This document shows, piece by piece, positions 20,111-27,593 of a stretch of 41,287 nucleotides of DNA (position 1 is the first letter of the stretch; the number at the start of each line of letters is the position of its first letter). The translations under genes were made by a program, and so were the position numbers. The notes beneath the pieces were generated by a model, which was not told the DNA's origin, searched no databases, and saw only the letters and a program-made list of their open reading frames with translations. Origin of the DNA: an uncultured bacterium (GTDB taxonomy: Bacteria > Zhuqueibacterota > QNDG01 > DSAB01); assembly GCA_964473625.1 (NCBI GenBank), contig CAYYPT010000003.1:1-41287 (forward strand), in the 5' to 3' direction.

Positions 20111-22203
20111 GCTGTGACCTTGAAAACTTTTCTTTGCCCGAACTCGGCTTTTTTGCCTACATTCCACTGTGATACGGGGCGTAAGTATCCTACTACTCTG
20201 GAATAGATTTCTGTTTCGTCTCCACAGTGTGGGCATTTTTGAACTTCTCCCTCAAGATAGCCATGTGTTCGGCAGATGCTAAAGCTTGGGGTAATGGTAA
20301 AGTAAGGAAGATGGTAGGATTCGCTAATTTTTTTCACCAGTCGTTTCAGAGTCTCAGTATCGTGGAGACGTTCTCCCAGATAGAGGTGAAAAACCGTGCC
20401 GCCCGTGTAGAGAACCTGGAGAGGATCCTGCAACTCTAAGGCCTGGAAGAAATCGTCAGTATATCCAACAGGAAGCTGACTGGAATTGGTGTAATAAGGT
20501 TCTGTTCCTTTCCTGTAATCATCCTCATTAGCACAAATAATATCAGGGTAGTGTTCTTTGTCAATTTTTGCAAGGCGGTAAGCGGTTCCCTCTGCAGGAG
20601 TGGCTTCAAGATTGTATAAATTCCCTGTAGACTGTTGTATAGAAAGAAGCCGGTCTCTTATGTGGAGAAGAACCTCTTTTGCAAACTCTAATCCCTTTTT
20701 TCTACCTATATCAACTCCGAGAAAATTCAAACAGGCTTCGTTCATTCCTATAAGACCCACAGTTCCAAAATGGTTTGTCCAGAAGCGGCCAGTTTTTGTT
20801 TTAACATCCGATAGATAATATTTAGCATAAGGATAGAGATCTGCCTCGGTGAATTTCTCAAGAACTTTTCTTTTTATTTCCAAGCTTGAAACAGCAAGAT
20901 CAATGAGGCGGTCAAGTCTTCTGTAGAAACCCTCTTTGTCTGAAGCAAGATATCCAATACGAGGCATATTGAGTGTTACAACACCTATCGAGCCTGTAAG
21001 AGGATTTGCACCGAAAAGCCCTCCGCCCCTTTTCCTTAGCATCTTTGTGTCCAGTCTGAGGTGGCAGCACATTGAGCGGGCGTCCTCAGGTTTCATGTCA
21101 GAGTTGACAAAATTAGAAAAATATGGAATGCCGTATTTAGCAGTCATTTCCCAGATGGGTTTTAACCGTTCTTCATCCCATGGGAAATTTTTAGTAATAC
21201 TGTACGTTGGAATTGGAAATGTGAAGACTCGTCCAAGGGCGTCACCTTCGCTCATTATTTCAGCAAATGCTTTGTTAAAAATAATAACTTCTTCCTGGAA
21301 TTCACCGTAGCTCGCATCCATCAGTTTTCCACCAATGATTACAGCTTCGTTTTTCATAAAATCGGGCACGATTAAATCCAGACTGATGTTGGTAAAAGGA
21401 GTCTGAAAACCTACTCTTGTCGGGACATTGATATTAAAAACAAATTCTTGAAGTGCCTGTTTTACCTGCACAGGTGTTAGTTGATCGTATCGAATAAAAG
21501 GAGCTAAGTAAGTGTCGAAGTTACTGAACGCCTGCGCCCCTGCCGCTTCTCCCTGCAGTGTATAAAAGAAGTTAACAACCTGTCCAAGTGCTGTTCTGAA
21601 ATGTCGTGCGGGTTTACTTTCCACTTTTCCTTTTGCTCCTTTAAAGCCTTTAATCAAAAGGTCGGCAAGATCCCAGCCCACACAGTACACAGCAAGAATG
21701 TTGAGGTCATGAATGTGGAAGTCACCGCTTGTGTGAGCTTCTTTTATTTCTGGAGGATAAATTTTATTCAGCCAGTATTGAGCAGTAATGACAGATGAAA
21801 TATGATTGTTCAGTCCCTGTATTGAATAGGCCATGTTACTGTTTTCGTTAACACGCCAGTCGGTTTTATTTAAATAAGAATCAACAATATCAGTGCTGAT
21901 AAGTGTTCGGATGTCTCTCATGCTGGCATGCTGGTCACGATAGACAATGTAGGCCCTGGCAGTTTTTCTGAAAGGGGAATCAATAAGTACAGATTCCACT
22001 GTATCTTGTATTTCTTCGACCTCAGGAATCTGGTTGCCCTGTTTCTCTTCCAGATGTCGGACCACATCCCTGCTGAGCCTCTGTGCAGTGTCAATGCCAA
22101 ATTCCCCTGTTGCACTCCCTGCCTTGAAAATAGCAACTGTAATTTTGGAAGGGTCAAAATCGACGAGACGGCCGTCTCTTTTCCTGACTTTTTTTAGTAA
22201 CAT
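20107..22203 (-). CDS. nrdD: Anaerobic ribonucleoside-triphosphate reductase (class III, glycyl radical)
   Basis: The ORF-track frame opens at 22302. ATG at 22203 follows AAGGAAAT and begins the ATP-cone (VRKRDGRLVDFD). C-terminal Zn ribbon C..C..CPHC and glycyl-radical motif SRVVGYLRPVSQWNVGK. Confidence 0.95.
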   Translation of the reverse strand: MLLKKVRKRDGRLVDFDPSKITVAIFKAGSATGEFGIDTAQRLSRDVVRHLEEKQGNQIPEVEEIQDTVESVLIDSPFRKTARAYIVYRDQHASMRDIRTLISTDIVDSYLNKTDWRVNENSNMAYSIQGLNNHISSVITAQYWLNKIYPPEIKEAHTSGDFHIHDLNILAVYCVGWDLADLLIKGFKGAKGKVESKPARHFRTALGQVVNFFYTLQGEAAGAQAFSNFDTYLAPFIRYDQLTPVQVKQALQEFVFNINVPTRVGFQTPFTNISLDLIVPDFMKNEAVIIGGKLMDASYGEFQEEVIIFNKAFAEIMSEGDALGRVFTFPIPTYSITKNFPWDEERLKPIWEMTAKYGIPYFSNFVNSDMKPEDARSMCCHLRLDTKMLRKRGGGLFGANPLTGSIGVVTLNMPRIGYLASDKEGFYRRLDRLIDLAVSSLEIKRKVLEKFTEADLYPYAKYYLSDVKTKTGRFWTNHFGTVGLIGMNEACLNFLGVDIGRKKGLEFAKEVLLHIRDRLLSIQQSTGNLYNLEATPAEGTAYRLAKIDKEHYPDIICANEDDYRKGTEPYYTNSSQLPVGYTDDFFQALELQDPLQVLYTGGTVFHLYLGERLHDTETLKRLVKKISESYHLPYFTITPSFSICRTHGYLEGEVQKCPHCGDETEIYSRVVGYLRPVSQWNVGKKAEFGQRKVFKVTA

Positions 22204-22216
22204 GATATTTCCTTTT

Positions 22217-24082
22217 TTAATCAAATAGCTCCCACGAAAAACCAATCCTTGTAATTTTTTTGGGGAGGGGGAATTGTGAAACAACAGAAGTTTTTGTTTC
22301 AAAGATATTGTCTACAGCAAAGGTGAAACGGGCTCTCTGAATAAAGATAAAACTTGCTTTAAAATTGACAATGGATCCCGGAGAAATGTAAGAGAAGTAG
22401 AAATTTTTTAGTGTTTCACCGGTGAGATTCCAGAATCCGTTCCAGTAGTGATTGCTCAAACATAAATCAACAAGAAGGTCTTCTTTGAAAAACGCATGTT
22501 CCCACCAGAGAGAATTATTTCCCCAGAGACCGGGTCTTTCGAGAAGGGTGTTTCCAGTATCGTCTGTTGCTTTGAGAAGATTGAACCCTGCTTCTATCCT
22601 GAAACCCAACCATGGCCCCAGTTTTAATTGTAGTTCTGCTCCACGGAAAGATTCTCTATCCTGATTTGTAAAAATACCTCCCCCCTTTGTGAGGGTACCC
22701 CGGATGAGATTTTTTGTTGTCCTGACGTAACCTCTTGCTGTGGCTTGGAAACTATTCCACCATTTCCATTTAATTCCAATCTCTAGAGTTCGACCAGTTT
22801 CTGGTTTTAAAGATGGATTTGGAAAAATAGCATTTTGAAAAGATTTCATAAGAAGCGAGTTTAACGATACCGGGGGAGTTGGATAAAAAGGATAGCCAAA
22901 TCGTTCGCCCACGGAAGGATCTCGTATTGTTTCACTGTAAGTTGCCCAAATATTTAGAACTGATAGAGGGTTCCATGAAAGCTGATTCCCCAAGAAAAAT
23001 CTTACTTTTCCATCAGGTGAAATATGCAAGTGGATTTGCGGCAGAGCTTTTATCCCCCTATACAGCAAAAAGTTACTCTGGAAAAACCCCTGTGTAACGG
23101 TGTTAGAAAATCGAAGGCTGTCAGGAATTTTAATTGTCTGCTTTTGTGTTCTGATTCCCCAGGAAAATGATAAGTCCTTTTTCCCAAACTCCTGACGTGC
23201 TGAAAAAGCTGTTGTAGTCACAGGGAAAATTTTTCTGATAGAGAAATTTCTCTCCCGTATTTCATAGGAAAAAGAAGTATGCTCTAATTGTAAAGAATTT
23301 TTTATTCTCCCTAAATTAAACGTAGTTCGAAAGGTGTGATCGTAGCGGGAATTTTTAAGATGAGGGGAGGTGAGATAAAGTGTATCCCCTGGCATTTGAA
23401 GGCTATATGGGATATCTCTATCCGATTTATTGTGGAGAATAGTATACTGGAAATTCCATGCCGGAGAAAGAGACCATGTGATTTTAGAGCGTATTTTTTG
23501 GCCGTTGTATTTTTCATCAGGAAGATACTCGCCATATTTTTCAAGAAGTGCTCCCGAAAAAATTTCCAGATTCCGGGTTAACTTTTCACCGAATGTCACA
23601 TCCAGATCAGAAAAATTGTTTTTCCCGCTTCGGTAAACAATTTTTGTGTAAGGCCTCTTTGAAGGGTTGCTTCTGGAAACAATATTCACAACTCCACCAA
23701 TTGGGTTAAAACCAAACGGGTTTAAAGACGGAAAGATTTCAATCTTCTTTATCATTTCCACAGGAATAGAGTTCAGATCATGAATGCCTGACCAGGGGTC
23801 TGATAATGGATGTCCATCCAGGAGAATGAGAACCTGGTTTAGGTTACTTCCTCCAATTCGACACGAAGACCATTGACCAACAGTGCCAATATCCCTTATT
23901 AATATTCCAGGCATCCGAGAGAGAATGTCTCCAAGCCCCAGGTAGTTATTTATCTCTGCTTCTTCAATAGTGAGTGCTGTGGCCGAACACAGGTTGTCCT
24001 GAACACCCTGAGAGTATACATATTGTGTACAAACAAAGGTTGAGAGAATTAAGAGAAAAGATTTGTAATTTGTTAGTTTCAT
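22217..24082 (-). CDS. TonB-dependent receptor, BtuB-like (~620 aa)
   Basis: 621 aa. Signal peptide, a plug (LILLDGHPLSDPWSG, IEIFPSLNPFGFNPIGGVVNIVS) and a C-terminal ..GFSWELFD. It lies within the B12-riboswitch operon. Confidence 0.85.
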   Translation of the reverse strand: MKLTNYKSFLLILSTFVCTQYVYSQGVQDNLCSATALTIEEAEINNYLGLGDILSRMPGILIRDIGTVGQWSSCRIGGSNLNQVLILLDGHPLSDPWSGIHDLNSIPVEMIKKIEIFPSLNPFGFNPIGGVVNIVSRSNPSKRPYTKIVYRSGKNNFSDLDVTFGEKLTRNLEIFSGALLEKYGEYLPDEKYNGQKIRSKITWSLSPAWNFQYTILHNKSDRDIPYSLQMPGDTLYLTSPHLKNSRYDHTFRTTFNLGRIKNSLQLEHTSFSYEIRERNFSIRKIFPVTTTAFSARQEFGKKDLSFSWGIRTQKQTIKIPDSLRFSNTVTQGFFQSNFLLYRGIKALPQIHLHISPDGKVRFFLGNQLSWNPLSVLNIWATYSETIRDPSVGERFGYPFYPTPPVSLNSLLMKSFQNAIFPNPSLKPETGRTLEIGIKWKWWNSFQATARGYVRTTKNLIRGTLTKGGGIFTNQDRESFRGAELQLKLGPWLGFRIEAGFNLLKATDDTGNTLLERPGLWGNNSLWWEHAFFKEDLLVDLCLSNHYWNGFWNLTGETLKNFYFSYISPGSIVNFKASFIFIQRARFTFAVDNIFETKTSVVSQFPLPKKITRIGFSWELFD

Positions 24083-24630
24083 TAACTGTTTTCCTGTACA
24101 GAAATATAATCTGTTTTTTCCAGCAAATTAATGATAGCAGGAACCAGAGTCAGAAATATTATTGTGTTTGTAACGATATGAACAATGTAGAAACCAAGGC
24201 CATAGATGAAACTCCCGGCAAGTTTCTCAAAAGAGAAATTTATAAGCAGTACAAAGGACAGAGTTGTAAGGAGAGCAAAGATAGCTGTTGCCAGAAAACC
24301 AGCTAAACCAAGTTTTAAATAATATATTATTCTCTTTTGAGATTTTTGCTTTGCTGCCACAGCTCCCATAAATCCTGCCATAGCCATTGAAAGAATCTGG
24401 GCAATGAATAATGGAGGAGCAGCCATCCCAAAAGGATTTAGTAGTGAATAGAGAGTTTCGGTCAGGAGACCAACCACTATTCCTTCCTTGATTCCTAAAA
24501 GGTATCCTGAGATGAAAATTGTTGCTGTGATAAGTTCCACATTGGGGATGTTAATAAGTACAAAACCGAGTGAAACTCCCAGAGCTATAAAGATTCCCAT
24601 CAGGGATATTTTTTTAATGTGCGAGTTCAT
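24082..24630 (-). CDS. Small polytopic membrane protein, ECF S-component-like (putative corrinoid transporter)
   Basis: The ORF-track frame opens at 24699, inside the terminator. ATG at 24630 gives a 182-aa product starting MNSHIKKISLMGIFIALG, with about 5-6 hydrophobic helices. It is the first gene after riboswitch no. 2 and overlaps the receptor start by 1 nt. The functional call is an inference. Confidence 0.55.
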   Translation of the reverse strand: MNSHIKKISLMGIFIALGVSLGFVLINIPNVELITATIFISGYLLGIKEGIVVGLLTETLYSLLNPFGMAAPPLFIAQILSMAMAGFMGAVAAKQKSQKRIIYYLKLGLAGFLATAIFALLTTLSFVLLINFSFEKLAGSFIYGLGFYIVHIVTNTIIFLTLVPAIINLLEKTDYISVQENS

Positions 24631-24660
24631 GGATAACTTCCGATAAATCTGACAAACAAA

Positions 24661-24687
24661 TAAATAAAAAACCGGCCTCGGGGGCCG
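24661..24687 (-). terminator. Intrinsic terminator forming the expression platform of riboswitch no. 2
   Basis: The minus strand reads CCGGCC-CCCGA-GGCCGG followed by TTTTTTATTT. It lies between the B12 box and the first start codon. Confidence 0.75.
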
Positions 24688-24895
24688 GTGGATACACAAT
24701 GGTTTTCCTTTGCCTTCCCTCGAAGGACTTTGTTAATGGGCAGGTCTCCTGGCTTTCCTGTCTTAATTGCCTTCCCACCTCCATGTTTTGGAGACAGTGG
24801 CTTTTGATATTAAGACACCCTGTAGTAACAGGGTTAGGATCACAGTTGCGGGGCAGCTCCCGATTCTCACGGGATTCCCTATTCTTCCCAACACT
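24688..24895 (-). promoter_or_regulatory. Cobalamin (B12) riboswitch no. 2
   Basis: The minus strand reads AATAGGGAATCCCGTGAGAATCGGGAGCTGCCCCGCAACTGTGA ... GCCACTG ... GGGAAGGC ... AGCCAGGAGACCTGCCC (B12 box). Confidence 0.88.
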
Positions 24896-25444
24896 ATTGA
24901 ATTATTTAACCAATTCGAGTGGGACACCCACTACAGAAAGCAATATATAGAAAAACAAAAGGAAAGTCAAGGGATTTTTGTAAAAATGGCTAAAGAAAAT
25001 GACTGGATATTGATTCTGGTGATGGTTGTCTTACTATATGTAGTAATTTCCCTACGCAAAAGATAAATCACCCTACACCAGATCAGTTTTCCTTGAGAGA
25101 TTGTTTTCGGTTGTGAAACCATTTCCGTGAGAAAGAAGATGGCTAGATTGTGCGTAGTCTCCCAGTTTATAACATCCATTGTGGGCGACAAAAACCATGG
25201 CCACCTATCCCACTGGGTGTGACGTTGAGCAATCTTCAGAGCAGCTACAATTCAGTGATCTTCCTGGGTTGCGTTGTGGGGTCCCTTGTCCTGGAGTTGA
25301 GGAGTTAAATCGGGTGGTTGTGAATTGTATCCAGGAAGCGGGCCGGAAATTACTCCCAAAAGAGGTTCCAGGAGGCTGTCCGCCGTGGGGTTTTTCAGGG
25401 CTCATAGTATATCCATTGCGCACAATATCTGTGCCAATGCTATA

Positions 25445-25472
25445 AAGCCGCCGATTATAAAACCGACGGCTT
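25445..25472. terminator. Hairpin, candidate bidirectional terminator (end of the ferredoxin operon)
   Basis: AAGCCGCCG / CGACGGCTT form a stem of 8 bp plus one mismatch with a 10-nt loop. T-rich flanks occur on both strands, but the T-runs are weak. It lies ~35 nt after the ferredoxin stop. Confidence 0.45.
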
Positions 25473-25506
25473 TATTAACAAAATAAGTGAGCTTGTCTGT
25501 TCGTTT

Positions 25507-25701
25507 CTATTCTTCGAACTTTATAGACTCAGATGGACAATCTTCCGCAGCTTCGCGGATACAGTCCTCATTGGCACTAATATCTGCCCCATCAATCACT
25601 TTGGCAGTGTCATCTCCCATTTCAAAAACATCGGGGCAGGTACTGACACAAAGTTCACATGCTATGCAATCGTCCGCAATCCAGACTTTTTTAAGAGCCA
25701 T
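25507..25701 (-). CDS. Small single-cluster [4Fe-4S]/[3Fe-4S] ferredoxin
   Basis: 64 aa with CIACELCVSTCP ... C ... CP, the cysteine pattern of the Thermotoga/Pyrococcus/Desulfovibrio-type mono-cluster ferredoxins. Confidence 0.9.
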   Translation of the reverse strand: MALKKVWIADDCIACELCVSTCPDVFEMGDDTAKVIDGADISANEDCIREAAEDCPSESIKFEE

Positions 25702-25731
25702 ATTTTTACCTCCTTTCTTTTAAGATTTTAT

Positions 25732-26757
25732 TTATAATTTAAACTGCTCCTTATACATTTTCTGAAGCAGCTCAGTTACAGCCATTGGTTTCATATTAAA
25801 AAACGTACTTTGTAGCTCGTTAAGATGAATAGGTGTGCCATATCTTACAACCATAGACTTCCTCTTGGGTCGGAAAATCAACCTGAACGGGTGATAACGG
25901 GCAATAAGAGGAGGATTTAGCACCATTCGGTCGTTAGCACCTTCTACTCGAAAAAAAAGTATATAAAAATCACGCTGGGATTCTCTTAAGTTTTTCACTG
26001 CCTCTATTACAATCCATCCCAGCCCTGGCCGCCATACAGGCAAAGCAGCTGTTCCACCATCCGGGAAAAGCAAAACACGATTGCCATTAATCCAGCTTTG
26101 AGCAAAAGCTTTAATAGATGTCTTGTTAAAACGTGCCGATTGATATCTGTTAATCGGTAGAGCACAGGCCTGCACCCAGTCGGCAAAAGGACCAAAATGC
26201 CCATGATTTTTAGGAGGAGTCCCAAACTCCTCTGCAGTCACGGAAACAGGAAAGATCCAAGACTGGAAACTGGGGATGATTCCTCGAGCTAGAAGCCAGC
26301 CTAAAAAATGGAAATTATCTGTTCTATTAGAAATATCAGCCATGGAAGCGGCAAGAGCAAAGAAATCAAATCCTAAAGCAGAGGGATGTTCACCAATAAG
26401 AAGGAGAGGAAAATTCTTAGAGAGAAAATTTTTGGCATCCCGGTTTATTACAACCTTCAACTGCAATCCCAACTTCTCTAAAAAACGCTTACTCCCCTCA
26501 AAAATTCCCTTCTTTTTGATATCCTCATTAAGGGATTTACACTGATTAAGAAATGAGGTTACTGGCAAAATCCATCGTCTATCAACAAGCCTATAAAAAA
26601 AACTTTCCTGACGATTTTTCCTGTGCATTTCCAGCAAAACTTCCAGAGGCGTCTTTGTAGAAGTTCCTCTTTCCAGCACATTTAAATTGGCCCGTTGAAA
26701 TGCGTTTGCCATTGCAGCAAAACGTCGGAGAAAAGGTTGTTGAAAAAGCTGTATCAT
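25732..26757 (-). CDS. PlsC/LPLAT-like acyltransferase (divergent)
   Basis: 341 aa. Block I-like LLLIGEHPSALGFD (His/Asp pair with atypical spacing) and block III-like LLFPDGGT. The start overlaps the upstream stop by 1 nt. The family call is by motif only. Confidence 0.5.
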   Translation of the reverse strand: MIQLFQQPFLRRFAAMANAFQRANLNVLERGTSTKTPLEVLLEMHRKNRQESFFYRLVDRRWILPVTSFLNQCKSLNEDIKKKGIFEGSKRFLEKLGLQLKVVINRDAKNFLSKNFPLLLIGEHPSALGFDFFALAASMADISNRTDNFHFLGWLLARGIIPSFQSWIFPVSVTAEEFGTPPKNHGHFGPFADWVQACALPINRYQSARFNKTSIKAFAQSWINGNRVLLFPDGGTAALPVWRPGLGWIVIEAVKNLRESQRDFYILFFRVEGANDRMVLNPPLIARYHPFRLIFRPKRKSMVVRYGTPIHLNELQSTFFNMKPMAVTELLQKMYKEQFKL

Positions 26758-27593
26758 CAGTGTATAAAGTGACTTAAACTCCAGCTTAAACCGATTGACA
26801 TACCGAACTTTCCCTCGCGCTTTGTCAATCCATATATGGGGAATAACTCAAGCGACAATCCGGGGGAACCCCATACCAAGCCACACCGCAGGCTGCCGCG
26901 GTCTTCTGTACCTATAGGAATGGTATGGCGAGTAGAAAGAAAACCATTTATTTCTCCTGCCAATTGTAATTTATCTTTGAGCTTCCATATAAAACCAAAT
27001 CCATAGGTAAAAACATCATTTTGCTCGTTAAGTTTGCGCGGAGCTGTCAAAATACCTGCGCCGAAATCTCCAAAAGCTAAGAACGACCCAAAATCCTGTG
27101 TGGTTAATATTGAAAGAATAACATCTGTTGTGTTAGGGCCAAGGCCTCGATCCTGGTTAGTATTAGGAAATTTTGTTTCGATTCTAAAGCCTACTGCTGG
27201 TGTATGTTTTCCCTGAGGTAAAACACATGCAATAGTAGCGATGCTGAAATCTCCGATATCATGAGCACTCGTTGATTGAATACCAGGATAATTAAAGCTG
27301 TATTCCTTTTCGTTGTTGAAACCAAGAACTTCCTGGGCAACACCATTTATTTTTATCCATACATATCTTGAGAGAAAAAAATCAAGTTTTAGAACACCAA
27401 AGCGAAACAAATCACCGCGGAGTTCAGAAATAGGAGCTTCCCAATTCTCTCTCAATTCAACAGCAACAAATCCGTCAACAGAGCCTTTTGGCATCTGGTA
27501 TAAATAATTTGTTTTTAAAGAAAGTACAGAGTAATCGCCAGCAAATGCTAAATCAGCGAAGATTAATACAAAAAAAAGAAAAAATCGTTTCAT
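26757..27593 (-). CDS. Small outer-membrane beta-barrel protein, function unknown
   Basis: 278 aa with signal peptide MKRFFLFFVLIFADLAFA. Alternating amphipathic strands and Gly/aromatic-rich sequence with a C-terminal ..LSWSLSHFIH. It vaguely resembles hydrophobic-compound OM channels. Confidence 0.5.
   Translation of the reverse strand: MKRFFLFFVLIFADLAFAGDYSVLSLKTNYLYQMPKGSVDGFVAVELRENWEAPISELRGDLFRFGVLKLDFFLSRYVWIKINGVAQEVLGFNNEKEYSFNYPGIQSTSAHDIGDFSIATIACVLPQGKHTPAVGFRIETKFPNTNQDRGLGPNTTDVILSILTTQDFGSFLAFGDFGAGILTAPRKLNEQNDVFTYGFGFIWKLKDKLQLAGEINGFLSTRHTIPIGTEDRGSLRCGLVWGSPGLSLELFPIYGLTKREGKFGMSIGLSWSLSHFIH

Noticed and set aside
20110-20236. N-terminal extension of the nrdG ORF (start at 20236), and likewise of nrdD (22302), the S-component-like gene (24699), rplC, rplP, rpsN, rpmD and rplO.
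   Set aside because: The extensions overlap upstream genes or the riboswitch terminator, and they lack homology to the respective families. Internal starts give canonical N-termini with ribosome-binding sites or coupled ATGA/TAATG junctions.
24958-24976. AAAGGAAAGTCAAGGGAT resembles the RNase P RNA CR-I motif (GAGGAAAGUCC).
   Set aside because: I could not find the other universally conserved RNase P blocks (the ACAGAA..GGCUUA and AGGGUGAAA regions) at the appropriate distances on that strand. I also found no tRNA-like tmRNA ends and no SRP GGAA-tetraloop helix in 24950-25480.
25179-25445. An 88-aa Cys-containing ORF (+) and the overlapping 72-aa ORF (-, 25205-25423) in the GC-rich island. 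I considered a small Cys-rich protein or a RiPP precursor.
   Set aside because: Neither has a ribosome-binding site. The two mutually overlap on opposite strands, as expected for stop-poor GC-rich non-coding DNA. Codon composition differs from the neighbouring genes, and no modifying enzyme lies adjacent. I kept the region only as a possible ncRNA or foreign-DNA finding.
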